A stretch of 64,000 bases of DNA, from positions 5,014 through 69,013 of the forward strand of contig CAMWHJ010000005.1 in assembly GCA_947174015.1 (NCBI GenBank), given 5' to 3'. Made by a program: the position numbers and the translations under genes. Of the stretch, positions 1-10,727 are shown one piece after another (position 1 is the stretch's first letter; the number at the start of each line of letters is the position of its first letter). The notes under the pieces were generated by a model. It had not been told where the DNA came from, did not search any database, and saw nothing but the letters and a program-made list of their open reading frames with translations. Source of the DNA: an uncultured Lachnospiraceae bacterium (GTDB lineage: Bacteria; Bacillota; Clostridia; Lachnospirales; Lachnospiraceae).

Positions 1-180
1 AAGCTGCCAGCTTCCAATGTAATGTATTTTGAATTGGACAAAAATGCCTGGTGCTGTGCCAGACCCTCTGGCACAGAGCCAAAGATTAAGTTTTATATGG
101 GTGTTAAGGGAGAAAGTTTAGAAGAAGCAGACCGTCTGTTAATGGAATTGACGGAAGCATTGCTCACCTTGGCAAACTAG
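1..180 (+). CDS. 3-prime end of an alpha-D-phosphohexomutase (phosphoglucomutase/phosphomannomutase family) gene; 5-prime part lies outside the window
   Basis: Frame 1 reads ...CARPSGTEPKIKFYMGVKGESLEEADRLLMELTEALLTLAN then TAG at 178-180. RPSGTEPKIK matches the conserved C-terminal loop of phosphohexomutases. Confidence 0.7.
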   Translation, partial: KLPASNVMYFELDKNAWCCARPSGTEPKIKFYMGVKGESLEEADRLLMELTEALLTLAN

Positions 181-198
181 AAGAAAGGAACAAAGAAC

Positions 199-1653
199 AT
201 GAGTAAGAAAGTACGAACAAGATTTGCACCAAGTCCCACAGGACGTATGCATGTGGGAAATCTGAGGACGGCACTATATGCCTATTTGATTGCAAAGCAT
301 GAAGGAGGAGATTTCCTGCTGCGAATTGAGGATACGGATCAGGAACGCTTTGTGGAGGGTGCTGTTGATATTATTTATAGAACTTTGGAAAAGACAGGAT
401 TAATCCATGATGAAGGACCGGACAAGGATGGCGGTGTGGGACCTTATGTGCAGAGTGAACGCCACAAGGCTGGGATTTATTTAAAATATGCACAGGAATT
501 GGTGGAGAAAGGAGAGGCTTATTACTGTTTCTGTGACAAAGAGCGGTTAGACAGTCTGAGAACTCAGGTGGCAGGTAAGGGGATTGCCTTATATGACAAA
601 CATTGTCTGGGACTTTCCAAGGAAGAGGTGGAAGAGAAGCTGAAACAGGGTGTGCCCTATGTGATTCGCCAGAACAATCCCACAGAGGGAACCACCACCT
701 TTCATGATGAAATTTATGGAGATATTACCGTAGACAATGGGGAATTAGATGATATGATTTTGATAAAGTCTGACGGTTACCCCACTTATAATTTTGCCAA
801 TGTGGTGGATGATCATTTGATGGGCATTACTCATGTGGTTCGAGGAAATGAATATCTGTCCTCTTCGCCAAAGTACAACCGTCTCTATGAGGCCTTTGGC
901 TGGGAGGTGCCGGTATATGTACACTGCCCATTGATTACCAATGAGGAGCATAAGAAATTGAGCAAGCGAAGCGGACATTCTTCCTATGAGGATTTGATAG
1001 AGCAGGGCTTTTTGACGGAAGCAGTGGTAAATTTTGTGGCATTGCTGGGATGGTGCCCGGAGGATAACACAGAAGTGTTTTCCTTGGAAGAATTGGTAGA
1101 AGCCTTTGATTATAAGCATATGAGCAAATCACCTGCAGTTTTTGATATGGTAAAACTAAAGTGGTTAAATGGTGAATACATGAAAGGCATGGATTTTGAC
1201 AAGTTTTATCCGATGGCATTGCCTTATATAAAAGAAGTGATCACCAGAGATTTGGATTTAAAAAAAATTGCAGCGATGGTAAAAACCAGAATTGAGGTAT
1301 TTTCGGATATTAAGGACCATATCGATTTCTTTCAGGAAGTTCCGGAATATGATACATCCATGTACTGCCATAAAAAAATGAAGACAAATCAGGAATCTTC
1401 TTTGCAGGTCTTAAAAGAACTTCTGCCTGTGTTGGAAGCACAGAGTGATTACAACAATGATGCTTTGTATGAAATGCTCACAGGCTTTGGAAAAGAACAT
1501 GAGTATAAGAACGGTTATGTTATGTGGCCGGTGCGTACAGCACTTTCCGGTAAGCAGATGACACCGGGCGGTGCCACAGAGCTGATGGAGGTTCTTGGAA
1601 AAGAAGAATCCATTGCAAGAATCAAAGCTGCCATTGAAAAATTAGAAGGCTAA
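199..1653 (+). CDS. gltX: glutamate--tRNA ligase
   Basis: 484-aa ORF with class I aaRS signatures [12 protein letters not shown] (HIGH-type) and KLSKRS (KMSKS-type). Overall GluRS layout. Confidence 0.95.
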   Translation: MSKKVRTRFAPSPTGRMHVGNLRTALYAYLIAKHEGGDFLLRIEDTDQERFVEGAVDIIYRTLEKTGLIHDEGPDKDGGVGPYVQSERHKAGIYLKYAQELVEKGEAYYCFCDKERLDSLRTQVAGKGIALYDKHCLGLSKEEVEEKLKQGVPYVIRQNNPTEGTTTFHDEIYGDITVDNGELDDMILIKSDGYPTYNFANVVDDHLMGITHVVRGNEYLSSSPKYNRLYEAFGWEVPVYVHCPLITNEEHKKLSKRSGHSSYEDLIEQGFLTEAVVNFVALLGWCPEDNTEVFSLEELVEAFDYKHMSKSPAVFDMVKLKWLNGEYMKGMDFDKFYPMALPYIKEVITRDLDLKKIAAMVKTRIEVFSDIKDHIDFFQEVPEYDTSMYCHKKMKTNQESSLQVLKELLPVLEAQSDYNNDALYEMLTGFGKEHEYKNGYVMWPVRTALSGKQMTPGGATELMEVLGKEESIARIKAAIEKLEG

Positions 1654-1654
1654 A

Positions 1655-3646
1655 ATGAACGTAAATGAATCTCAACAAAGAGCCATTACTCATAAGGAGG
1701 GGCCTATGCTTGTCTTGGCAGGCCCCGGCTCTGGCAAAACTTTCGTAATTACCTCCAGAACAAAATACTTAATTGAAGAATGCGGCATTTTGCCGGAACG
1801 GATTCTTGTCATTACCTTTACCAAGGCAGCGGCACAGGAAATGCGGGAACGTTTTTATAAACTCATGGAGGGAGAGACACCCAAAGTAACCTTTGGAACC
1901 TTTCATGCAGTGTATTTTACCATTTTAAAATATGCTTATGGACTGCGGGCAGACAATATTATCCGGGATGACCAGAGGATAGGCTATCTGAGGGAGCTGA
2001 TTCACAAGTACAATCTTGAGATAGAGGATGAAAATGAATTTATTTCCGATCTCACATCAGAAATCAGCCGGGTAAAATCCGAGAAAATTGATTTGGCAAA
2101 TTACTATTCTGTCAACTGTTCCGCAGAGATATTCCGAAAAATATTTTATGGCTATAAGGAAAAGATGGAGCAGGCAAGGCTGATTGATTTTGATGATATG
2201 CTGCTGATGTGTAATGAACTTTTGAAAGAAAACCAGCAAGTACGGGAATTTTGGCAGTCCCGGTATACTTATATTTTGATTGATGAGTTTCAGGATATCA
2301 ATAAAATCCAGTATGACAGCATTCGGATTCTGGCAGAGCCGGAGAATAATCTGTTTATTGTGGGGGATGATGACCAGAGCATTTACCGCTTTCGTGGTGC
2401 CAAACCGGAGATCATGCTGGGATTTGAGAAAGATTATCAGAATGCAAAACGGCTGGTGCTGGACTATAATTACCGTTCCACGGAAAATATCATCAAAGCG
2501 GCAGGAATGGTGATAAAAAATAACAACAAACGTTTTGAAAAAGATATCAAAACCATTCACGGGGAGGGGGATAAGGTGAGGGTAAGGCACTTTAAAACCC
2601 AAAAAGAAGAGGTGGAGGCAGTGATTCAGGAAATTGTGAAGGAGAGAAAGGAAGGCAGATCCTTAGAGGAAATTGCGGTACTCTTTCGAACCAATACCCA
2701 GCCAAGGCTTCTGGCACAGAAGATGGTGGAATACAATATTCCGTTCAAAATGCGCGATGAGGTACCAAATCTTTACAACCACTGGATTGCCCAGAATATT
2801 TTCACTTATATCCACATGAGTCAGGGAGAAATCCTGCGGAGAGATATGCTTCAGGTGATGAATCGTCCAAAGAGATACATCAGTCGGGATTCTTTGGATT
2901 CAGAAGTGGTGGATTTGTCCGAATTGGCAAATTATTATAAGGATAAGGATTGGATGGTGGAACGTATTGACAAGCTAAAATACGACCTTGCCATGGTGAA
3001 ATCCATGACACCCTATGGGGCAATACGCTACATTCAAAAGGCCATGGGATATGAAGAATATCTGAAGGAATATGCAGAATACCGAAAGATTAAAGTGGAT
3101 GAATTAATGGATGTGATAGACGAGATGGCAGAGGCTTCCAAGGATTACAAAACGTATGAAGAATGGTTTGTGCATATTCAGGAATATACCGAGGAAATGA
3201 AACAGCAGGCTGTCAAGAATAGGAATATAGTAAATGCAGTGACCTTTACCACCATGCACAGTTCCAAGGGCCTGGAATATGAAAGTGTTTATATCATCGA
3301 TGCCAATGAAACCATTGTACCTCACAAGAAGGCGGTCACAGAGGGGGATATCGAAGAAGAACGGAGAATGTTTTATGTGGCAATGACCAGGGCCAAAAAG
3401 AAACTTACCATCTGCTGGGCAGAAGAACGGTATCACAAGGAAATGACAGTATCCCGCTTTGTGAACGAACTGCTGTATGATGTGGATAAATTAAAGGAAG
3501 GTGCAGGGGTGTATCACAAGAAATACAAGCATGGGGTGATACAGAAGTGTGACGGTGATAAACTGACCATTTATTTTGAAGCCAGCAGACGAACCTTTGT
3601 GTTCAGCAAAGAATATTGTATCGGAAACCATATTTTAGAATTTTAA
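1655..3646 (+). CDS. UvrD/Rep/PcrA-family superfamily-1 DNA helicase
   Basis: Walker A GPGSGKT, motif II ILIDEFQDIN, YRS motif, TMHSSKGLEY and VAMTRAKKKL motifs. 663 aa. ATG lies 1 nt after the gltX stop. Confidence 0.85.
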   Translation: MNVNESQQRAITHKEGPMLVLAGPGSGKTFVITSRTKYLIEECGILPERILVITFTKAAAQEMRERFYKLMEGETPKVTFGTFHAVYFTILKYAYGLRADNIIRDDQRIGYLRELIHKYNLEIEDENEFISDLTSEISRVKSEKIDLANYYSVNCSAEIFRKIFYGYKEKMEQARLIDFDDMLLMCNELLKENQQVREFWQSRYTYILIDEFQDINKIQYDSIRILAEPENNLFIVGDDDQSIYRFRGAKPEIMLGFEKDYQNAKRLVLDYNYRSTENIIKAAGMVIKNNNKRFEKDIKTIHGEGDKVRVRHFKTQKEEVEAVIQEIVKERKEGRSLEEIAVLFRTNTQPRLLAQKMVEYNIPFKMRDEVPNLYNHWIAQNIFTYIHMSQGEILRRDMLQVMNRPKRYISRDSLDSEVVDLSELANYYKDKDWMVERIDKLKYDLAMVKSMTPYGAIRYIQKAMGYEEYLKEYAEYRKIKVDELMDVIDEMAEASKDYKTYEEWFVHIQEYTEEMKQQAVKNRNIVNAVTFTTMHSSKGLEYESVYIIDANETIVPHKKAVTEGDIEEERRMFYVAMTRAKKKLTICWAEERYHKEMTVSRFVNELLYDVDKLKEGAGVYHKKYKHGVIQKCDGDKLTIYFEASRRTFVFSKEYCIGNHILEF

Positions 3647-3676
3647 CTTGCAATTTGCGAATCAGTCATATATAAT

Positions 3677-3715
3677 AAACATATCGAATGAAAGTTCGGT
3701 ATGTTTATTTGGTTT
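3677..3715 (+). terminator. Rho-independent terminator after the helicase gene
   Basis: AAACATATCGAA / TTCGGTATGTTT form a 12-bp stem (one G-U pair) with a 6-nt loop, followed by ATTTGGTTT. Confidence 0.55.
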
Positions 3716-3862
3716 GAGTCATTATATTATGGGAGAAATTTATCGTAACAATTCCATGCAAACGGGTAGTTTGCTCCACAGTTACGGTTTGTCCATGTAT
3801 CTTTCGGTATATCGCCGGCAATTCATGTGAAGGGAACAGAATATTTGAGGACAGGAGGAAAT

Positions 3863-5392
3863 TTGTTTCGAACAATATTATCAGGAGCCATCCATGGCAT
3901 TGAGTGTAAAAGTGTCAGTGTGGAGGCAGATGTAAGCAATGGGCTGCCCAGCTTTCTCATGGTGGGCTTTTTGAGCAGTGAGGTAAAGGAGGCATCAGAG
4001 AGAGTGCGCAATGCTTTGCGGAATTCAGGAATCCAACTGCCGGCAAAGCGGTTTACCATAAATCTGTCTCCGGCAGATATGCGTAAATCGGGGACTGCCT
4101 TTGACCTTCCCATTGCTGCTGTTTTGTTGGCAGCATTGGAAGAGATTCCAGAGGAAAGTTTAAAGGATGTTTTTATGGCAGGAGAGCTGAGTCTTAACGG
4201 AAGAGTAAATGGAGTCTGTGGTATTTTAGCCATGGCAGTTTATGCAAGGGAACGGGGAATGAAATATCTGGTGGTGCCCAAGGAGAATGCCAAGGAGGCA
4301 GCCATCGTTTCTGGAATACAAGTTATCGGTGTGGAACATTTAACCCAGATGATAGAATTTATGAAGGACAAAACAAGTATGGTTTCCGAGCATATTAATA
4401 TAGAAGAAATTTTTCAAAACAGTCAGAAAGGCTTGCTGGATTTTGGAGATATCTGCGGTCAGGAACGGGCAAAGAGAGCTGTGGAAATTGCCGCTGCCGG
4501 CAGACATAACATTCTGCTGATAGGTGCACCAGGTACCGGGAAATCAATGCTGGCTAAGCGCATACCGGGAATTTTATCCCCTTTGACCTTGGAAGAGAGT
4601 ATTGCCATTACCAAGGTCCACAGCATTGCCGGAGTGTTGGATAAGGACAATCCTCTTTTAACAGACAGACCTTTTCAGCAGCCCCATCATACCATTTCCC
4701 CTTTTGCACTGGCAGGCGGTGGCAGGAATCCTAAACCGGGAGTGATTAGCCTTGCTCACAGAGGTGTCTTGTTTTTGGATGAACTGCCGGAATTTCACCG
4801 GGAGTCCTTGGAGATTTTGCGACAGCCCTTGGAGGATAAGGAGATTCATATTTCCAGAGTAAATGGCAATTACACTTTTCCGGCGGAAATTATGCTGGTA
4901 GCCGCCATGAATCCATGCAAGTGCGGCTATTACCCAGATAGAAACCGCTGCAAATGTACCCCGGCAGAAATCAATCATTATCAAAGCCGAATTTCCAAGC
5001 CTCTTCTGGACAGAATTGATTTGTATGTGGAGGTGGAAGAAGTTACCTATGAAAAATTAAGTGCCCCACGGATGAAGCAAGGACTGCAAAGTGAAAAGAT
5101 GAGAAAGAATATAATAAGAGCAGGGCAAGTACAGGCACAACGATATGAAAAGAAGCCATATTGTTTTAATTCAGAGTTAGATGAAATGGGGCTGTTAGAG
5201 TTTTGTGCTCTGGAAGAAAAGGAGAAAAAGTTAATGGAGAAAATCTTTCACAAGCTAAAGCTTTCTGCCAGAGGGTATCACAGAATGTTGAAGGTAGCCA
5301 GAACCATAGCTGATTTAGAGGGAGAGGAACGGATACGGGAGCATCATTTGAAGGAAGCGGTATCCTATCGCAAAAATACGATGATGGAATAG
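3863..5392 (+). CDS. comM: YifB/ComM family Mg-chelatase-like ATPase
   Basis: Walker A GAPGTGKS, Walker B VLFLDELPEF, and a C-terminal Mg-chelatase subunit-like region. The ORF opens at GTG 3827, but TTG 3863 after GGAGGA gives the usual MFRTILSGAIHGIE N-terminus. Confidence 0.85.
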   Translation: MFRTILSGAIHGIECKSVSVEADVSNGLPSFLMVGFLSSEVKEASERVRNALRNSGIQLPAKRFTINLSPADMRKSGTAFDLPIAAVLLAALEEIPEESLKDVFMAGELSLNGRVNGVCGILAMAVYARERGMKYLVVPKENAKEAAIVSGIQVIGVEHLTQMIEFMKDKTSMVSEHINIEEIFQNSQKGLLDFGDICGQERAKRAVEIAAAGRHNILLIGAPGTGKSMLAKRIPGILSPLTLEESIAITKVHSIAGVLDKDNPLLTDRPFQQPHHTISPFALAGGGRNPKPGVISLAHRGVLFLDELPEFHRESLEILRQPLEDKEIHISRVNGNYTFPAEIMLVAAMNPCKCGYYPDRNRCKCTPAEINHYQSRISKPLLDRIDLYVEVEEVTYEKLSAPRMKQGLQSEKMRKNIIRAGQVQAQRYEKKPYCFNSELDEMGLLEFCALEEKEKKLMEKIFHKLKLSARGYHRMLKVARTIADLEGEERIREHHLKEAVSYRKNTMME

Positions 5393-5401
5393 GAGGTGCA
5401 G

Positions 5402-6490
5402 ATGGAAGAATTAGAATATAAATACTGGTTTTATACGCTGGACTATTTAAGTCACAGGGAATGTGAACGATTGTTAAAAGAATATCATTGCATAGAAAAT
5501 ATATTTCAACTGTCTCAAGGGACCATAGAGCAGTTGCCTTGGCTTTCCAAACGTGCCAAAAGCAGCCTTATCCATCAGAGAAATCCATGCCGGATAATAG
5601 AAAGAATACAGTATGTGCAGGAAAAAGGAATGGGTTTTGTGTGTATCACAGACAAAGAATATCCCCAGCGATTGCGGTATCTGAAAGATAAGCCCAAAGC
5701 ACTGTTTTATCTGGGGGAACTGCCGAAAGAGGAAAAATATGCAGTGGCTGTCATTGGAGCCAGGGACTGCAGCAACTATGGAAAACGTCTGGCAGAGGAG
5801 ATAGGAGATGCATTGGCAAAGGGGGGAGTCAATGTGATCAGCGGCATGGCACGGGGAATCGACAGCTATGCCCAGAAAAAAGCTTTAGATATGGGCGGAA
5901 GAAGTTATGGGGTGTTGGGGTGTGGAGTGGATGTATGCTATCCCAAAACAAATTGGTGCTTGTATGAACAATTGATAGAAAAGGGTGGGATATTATCAGA
6001 ATTTTTACCGGGCATGCCGGCAAAAGCCATAAACTTTCCGCAGCGAAACAGAATTATCAGTGGTATATCGGATGCTGTGGTGGTGGTGGAGGCAAAAAGA
6101 CAAAGCGGCACCTCCATAACGGTGGGGTATGGTTTGGAACAAGGCAAAGATATCTACGCAGTACCCGGAAGAGTGGATGACAGTCTCAGTGAGGGCTGTA
6201 ATCTCTTGATTTCTCAAGGGGCTTATCCGGTGTTGAGCATAGAAGAGATGATGAGAGATATGGGAATTGTGGAAGAAAAAAATTTAAAATTTCATAAAAA
6301 AATGGAGATTCCTCTTGAAAGTAGATTCAAATTGGTGTATGATTGCTTAGATTTTATACCAAAGTCTGTTGTAAAACTTGTGGAGGAGACAGGTATAGAT
6401 AATTTGGAAGAAATCAATCAAATTCTGTTTGATTTAGAAATAGATGACAGAATCCAACAGGCTGGAACAGGATATTATGTTCGAAGGTAA
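5402..6490 (+). CDS. dprA: DNA-processing protein DprA
   Basis: DprA Rossmann-fold motifs GARDCSNYG, GMARGIDS, GVDVCYP and FPQRNRIISG. AGGAGG lies 5 nt upstream of ATG 5402. Confidence 0.9.
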   Translation: MEELEYKYWFYTLDYLSHRECERLLKEYHCIENIFQLSQGTIEQLPWLSKRAKSSLIHQRNPCRIIERIQYVQEKGMGFVCITDKEYPQRLRYLKDKPKALFYLGELPKEEKYAVAVIGARDCSNYGKRLAEEIGDALAKGGVNVISGMARGIDSYAQKKALDMGGRSYGVLGCGVDVCYPKTNWCLYEQLIEKGGILSEFLPGMPAKAINFPQRNRIISGISDAVVVVEAKRQSGTSITVGYGLEQGKDIYAVPGRVDDSLSEGCNLLISQGAYPVLSIEEMMRDMGIVEEKNLKFHKKMEIPLESRFKLVYDCLDFIPKSVVKLVEETGIDNLEEINQILFDLEIDDRIQQAGTGYYVRR

Positions 6491-6521
6491 TGGTTCGGAA
6501 ATGTCACCAAAGGAGGAGTAT

Positions 6522-8618
6522 ATGGCTAAATATCTGGTAATCGTGGAATCACCTGCCAAGGTGAAGACAATCAAAAAGTTTTTAGGAAGTAATTATGAGG
6601 TGGCTGCCTCAAATGGTCATGTGCGTGATTTGCCCAAAAGCCGCTTAGGTATTGACATAGAGAATGATTATGAACCAAAATATATTACCATTCGCGGCAA
6701 AGGAGATATTTTGGCAAATTTGAGAAAACAGGCGAAAAAAGCAGATAAAATCTATCTGGCAACGGACCCTGACCGTGAAGGAGAGGCAATTTCATGGCAT
6801 TTGGCACAATCCCTGAAAGCAGAACCGGAAAAGCTGTATCGAATCAGCTTTAATGAGATCACCAAGAATGCAGTGAAAGAATCCATTAAGAATGCCAGGG
6901 AAATTGACATGAATCTTGTGGATGCCCAGCAGGCAAGAAGAATGCTGGACAGAATGGTGGGGTACCGTATCAGTCCTTTACTCTGGGCAAAGATTAAGCG
7001 GGGGTTAAGTGCCGGAAGAGTACAATCGGTGGCATTGCGTATTATCTGCGATCGGGAAGAGGAAATTAACTCCTTTATTCCGGAAGAATACTGGACGTTG
7101 GAACAGGAATTTTCCGTTGCCAAAGGTAAGAAGAACATTACAGCAAAGTTTTACGGCAAAGACAGAAAAATGGCAATTCACTCTCAGGAAGAGCTGCAGC
7201 AAATTCAGCAGGAACTGGCGGGAGCAGAATACAAGGTGGAGGAAGTGAAAAAGAGCAAGCGAATCAAAAATTCTCCAAGACCCTTTACCACCAGTACCTT
7301 ACAGCAGGAAGCCGCCAAGACATTGAATTTTTCTACGCAGAAAACCATGCGGCTGGCACAGCAGCTTTATGAAGGGGTGGAGATCAAAGGTGCTGGCACC
7401 GTAGGTATTATCACTTATCTGCGTACGGATTCCACAAGAATTTCTGAGGAAGCGGAACAAAGTGCCAGAGAATATATTGCTTCCCAGTTTGGGGAAAAAT
7501 ATATTTCGGAAACAATTAAAGCTTTAAAAAACAATAAAAAAATTCAGGATGCCCATGAGGCCATTCGACCCACGGACATTACCAGAACACCTGTGATAAT
7601 GAAAGAGTATCTTTCCAGAGATCAGTTCCGGCTTTATCAGCTTATTTGGAAACGCTTTGTGGCAAGTCAGATGGCAGAGGCGGTGTATGATACCGTAAAT
7701 GTAAAAATTGAGGCAGCCGGCTATCGCTTTACCGCCAGCGGTTCCAAACTTGCTTTTGATGGTTTCATGTCTGTGTATGTAGGTGGAGACATGGAAAAAG
7801 AAAACGGTCATATTCCGTTAGAGCTGTTGGAGAAAGGTACGGTGCTGAAATGTGAAAATTGCGAGGCAAAGCAGCATTTTACACAGCCGCCGGCTCATTA
7901 TACGGAAGCAGCACTGGTAAAAACCTTAGAGGAATTGGGCATAGGACGCCCCAGTACTTATGCACCTACCATTTCCACAATCATTGCCAGAAGATATGTG
8001 GCAAAAGAAAACAAGAATCTGTATGTGACAGAGATTGGAGAAGTGGTAAATGCCATGATGAAGGAAGCCTTTCCCAGTATTGTGGATTTAAGCTTTACCG
8101 CCAATGTGGAAATGCTCTTGGATAATGTGGCAGAGGGGACAGTAAACTATAAGACCATTATCCGCAACTTTTATCCTGACTTAGAAGAAGCTGTGGAGAA
8201 GGCTGAACGAGAGTTGGAAAAGGTAAACATTGAGGATGAAGTCACGGATGTGATCTGCGAAGAATGCGGAAAAAATATGGTGATTAAATATGGTCCCCAT
8301 GGAAAGTTTCTTGCCTGTCCGGGATTTCCTGACTGCCGCAACACAAAACCGTACTTGGAAAAAATCGGGGTGGAATGTCCAAACTGTGGAAAAGATGTGG
8401 TGATTCGCAAGACAAAAAAAGGAAGAAAATATTATGGCTGTGAGAACAATCCGGAATGTGAATTTATGACATGGCAGAAGCCAAGCAAAATAAAATGTGA
8501 TAAGTGCGGTAAGTATATGTTGGAAAAAGGAAATAAGATTGTATGCTCTGACGAGACATGCGGTAATATAGTATTAAAGAAAGACTTGGAAGAAACAGAC
8601 CAAAATGAAAAAAAATAG
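6522..8618 (+). CDS. topA: DNA topoisomerase I
   Basis: TOPRIM LVIVESPAKVKTI and DPDREGEAISWH, active-site region YLRTDSTR, and several C-terminal CxxC zinc ribbons. AGGAGG at 6511 precedes ATG 6522 (the ORF opens earlier at 6444). Confidence 0.95.
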   Translation: MAKYLVIVESPAKVKTIKKFLGSNYEVAASNGHVRDLPKSRLGIDIENDYEPKYITIRGKGDILANLRKQAKKADKIYLATDPDREGEAISWHLAQSLKAEPEKLYRISFNEITKNAVKESIKNAREIDMNLVDAQQARRMLDRMVGYRISPLLWAKIKRGLSAGRVQSVALRIICDREEEINSFIPEEYWTLEQEFSVAKGKKNITAKFYGKDRKMAIHSQEELQQIQQELAGAEYKVEEVKKSKRIKNSPRPFTTSTLQQEAAKTLNFSTQKTMRLAQQLYEGVEIKGAGTVGIITYLRTDSTRISEEAEQSAREYIASQFGEKYISETIKALKNNKKIQDAHEAIRPTDITRTPVIMKEYLSRDQFRLYQLIWKRFVASQMAEAVYDTVNVKIEAAGYRFTASGSKLAFDGFMSVYVGGDMEKENGHIPLELLEKGTVLKCENCEAKQHFTQPPAHYTEAALVKTLEELGIGRPSTYAPTISTIIARRYVAKENKNLYVTEIGEVVNAMMKEAFPSIVDLSFTANVEMLLDNVAEGTVNYKTIIRNFYPDLEEAVEKAERELEKVNIEDEVTDVICEECGKNMVIKYGPHGKFLACPGFPDCRNTKPYLEKIGVECPNCGKDVVIRKTKKGRKYYGCENNPECEFMTWQKPSKIKCDKCGKYMLEKGNKIVCSDETCGNIVLKKDLEETDQNEKK

Positions 8619-8811
8619 ATGGAACTACATTATAAATCAGGCATTTATAATTGAATTGTAATATAAATTCTGATAAATAATGGTAATATTGCAATAATGT
8701 ATTAAATTGATTGATTTTAAGAAAAAATTGTGATAGACTTAACGTATGTTTTGGACAGCAGCAAATATAAGAAACAATAGATTTTAGAAATGAAATCAGG
8801 AGGCGCATCAT

Positions 8812-9597
8812 ATGAGTGTACAATTACTAGATAAAACACGAAAGATTAATAAGCTTTTGCACAATAACAGTTCTCATAAAGTGGTATTTAATGATATTTG
8901 CAATGTGCTTACCAGTATTTTGGATTCCAATATTTTAGTTATCAGCAAGAAAGGCAAGGTTCTGGGAGTGGGGACATGTTCCGGTGTGGATGAGATAAAG
9001 GAACTGATACAGGACGAGGTAGGTGGTTTTATTGATGGAATGCTGAATGAGCGTCTTTTGGGAGTGTTGTCCACAAAGGAAAACGTTAATCTGCATACAC
9101 TTGGATTTGAAGCAGAAGATGTGAGAAAGTATCAAGCCATTATTACCCCCATAGATATTGCAGGAGAACGGCTGGGTACCTTATTTATTTACAAATGTGA
9201 TAAACAGTATGAAATTGATGATATTATTTTAAGCGAATATGCCACTACGGTGGTGGGACTGGAAATGATGCGCTCTGTCAATGAAGAGAATGCAGAGGAG
9301 GAGAGAAAAATTCAAATTGTAAGATCGGCTCTCTCGACCTTGTCTTTTTCGGAATGTGAAGCAATTATCCATATTTTTGATGAACTGAAAGGAAATGAAG
9401 GGATTTTAGTTGCGAGCAAAATCGCTGACAGAGTAGGAATTACTCGTTCTGTCATCGTAAATGCACTTCGAAAATTTGAAAGTGCCGGTGTTATCGAGTC
9501 CAGATCATCTGGAATGAAAGGAACCTATATTAAGGTAGTGAATGATGTGGTGTTTGATGAGATCCAACGCATAAAAAAGGGAGAAAAACCTAATTAA
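8812..9597 (+). CDS. codY: GTP/BCAA-sensing pleiotropic transcriptional repressor CodY
   Basis: 261 aa. N-terminus MSVQLLDKTRKINKLL, a GAF-like region, and a C-terminal wHTH ASKIADRVGITRSVIVNALRKFESAGVIESRS. Sits directly upstream of flgB, as in Bacillus subtilis. Confidence 0.95.
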   Translation: MSVQLLDKTRKINKLLHNNSSHKVVFNDICNVLTSILDSNILVISKKGKVLGVGTCSGVDEIKELIQDEVGGFIDGMLNERLLGVLSTKENVNLHTLGFEAEDVRKYQAIITPIDIAGERLGTLFIYKCDKQYEIDDIILSEYATTVVGLEMMRSVNEENAEEERKIQIVRSALSTLSFSECEAIIHIFDELKGNEGILVASKIADRVGITRSVIVNALRKFESAGVIESRSSGMKGTYIKVVNDVVFDEIQRIKKGEKPN

Positions 9598-9622
9598 AAG
9601 AACGGCAGAGGCTGTTCTTTTA
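9596..9622 (+). terminator. Weak intrinsic terminator after codY
   Basis: AAGAACGG / CTGTTCTT stem (one G-U pair), 6-nt loop, short T tract. Confidence 0.45.
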
Positions 9623-9775
9623 TCCATATATAGGGATATTACGGAAATATTACAAAATGGGTTAAAAGGTACATAAAAAGGAAATAAATAATAGGGCAAA
9701 AGTACCGAAGAAGAAAGAAAATAAAAATGTATGAAAAAAAAAAATCAGATTAGAGGGAAAATGCAAAAAAATGTC

Positions 9776-9804
9776 TTGTGCCATTTCTGAAAATCCTATA
9801 TAAT
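9776..9804 (+). promoter_or_regulatory. Candidate sigma-A promoter of the fla/che operon
   Basis: TTGTGC, 17-nt spacer, TATAAT, located 46 nt upstream of the flgB ATG. Confidence 0.45.
9781..9795 (+). promoter_or_regulatory. CodY-box-like motif inside the flgB promoter spacer
   Basis: CCATTTCTGAAAATC matches 11 of 15 positions of the CodY consensus AATTTTCWGAAAATT. Confidence 0.3.
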
Positions 9805-9849
9805 AGGTATAGTTAAGAATGGAAAAGAATGAGGAAGGAGCGATAAAAC

Positions 9850-10251
9850 ATGTTTAGTTCCAATGCATTTAATTACATTAATATATTGGACAAAGCGGCA
9901 GATGCCAGTGCGTTGAGAGGAAAAGCCATTAACAATAATCTTGCCAATGCAGATACTCCGAATTATAAGAGGCAGGATGTGGACTTTGAAAGTGTCCTGC
10001 AAAGAGAATTGGGGTCTTATCGGTCGAAGTACAAATCCAATGCATCAAGAGTGAAACGAGTGAATCAGAATCTGGAGAACCTTGAGGTGGGTACTTATAC
10101 AGATATGGTGAATTATTCTTATCGTCTTGATAGAAATAATGTGGATCCAGATATTGAAAATGTAGAGCTGGCGGCTAATGTCGAAAAATATAATGGTCTT
10201 ATTGACGGTATGACTTCGGAATTTGAACGCTTGAAAATGGTTATGAAATAA
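9850..10251 (+). CDS. flgB: flagellar basal-body rod protein FlgB
   Basis: NNLANADTPNYKRQDV rod-protein N-terminal signature. First gene of the cluster. Confidence 0.9.
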   Translation: MFSSNAFNYINILDKAADASALRGKAINNNLANADTPNYKRQDVDFESVLQRELGSYRSKYKSNASRVKRVNQNLENLEVGTYTDMVNYSYRLDRNNVDPDIENVELAANVEKYNGLIDGMTSEFERLKMVMK

Positions 10252-10271
10252 TTTAGGGGAGGAATGAGAAA

Positions 10272-10712
10272 ATGTCTATTTTTAATTCTTTTGATATATG
10301 TGCCTCTGGTATGTCGGCGCAAAGATTTCGATCCGATATCATCATGCAGAATATTGCCAATGTCACAACCACCAGAACAGAAGATGGGACACCTTACAGA
10401 AGACGTGTTGTAACTTTCGCAGAGAAGACCAATACGCCTTTTAGTCATGTGCTGGCACGTACCAGTGCGGATGTTGTTGGAGCAGGAGTGAAAGTTACCA
10501 GAGTATCGGAGGATTATGAGACAGAGATGGTAATGGCATACGATCCTTCCCATCCGGATGCGGATGAGAATGGGTATGTAACATATCCTAATGTGAATAT
10601 TATCACAGAAATGACGAATCTGATTGATGCAACAAGGTCCTATGAAGCAAATGCCACGGCTTTTGAAGCCAGCAAGTCCATTGTCACAAAGGGCTTAAGT
10701 TTAGGACAATAG
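10272..10712 (+). CDS. flgC: flagellar basal-body rod protein FlgC
   Basis: SGMSAQRFRSDIIMQNIANVTTTRT and C-terminal EMTNLIDATRSYEAN signatures. Confidence 0.9.
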   Translation: MSIFNSFDICASGMSAQRFRSDIIMQNIANVTTTRTEDGTPYRRRVVTFAEKTNTPFSHVLARTSADVVGAGVKVTRVSEDYETEMVMAYDPSHPDADENGYVTYPNVNIITEMTNLIDATRSYEANATAFEASKSIVTKGLSLGQ

Positions 10713-10727
10713 TAGGAGGGAATAAAA

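Noticed and set aside
3648-3830. 60-aa ORF in the helicase-comM intergenic region
   Set aside because: It has no RBS and contains the helicase terminator hairpin. Its composition looks non-coding.
8464-8823. 119-aa minus-strand ORF spanning the topA-codY intergenic region
   Set aside because: The region is very AT-rich promoter sequence. The ORF overlaps the topA 3-prime end and the codY start, and it has no RBS.
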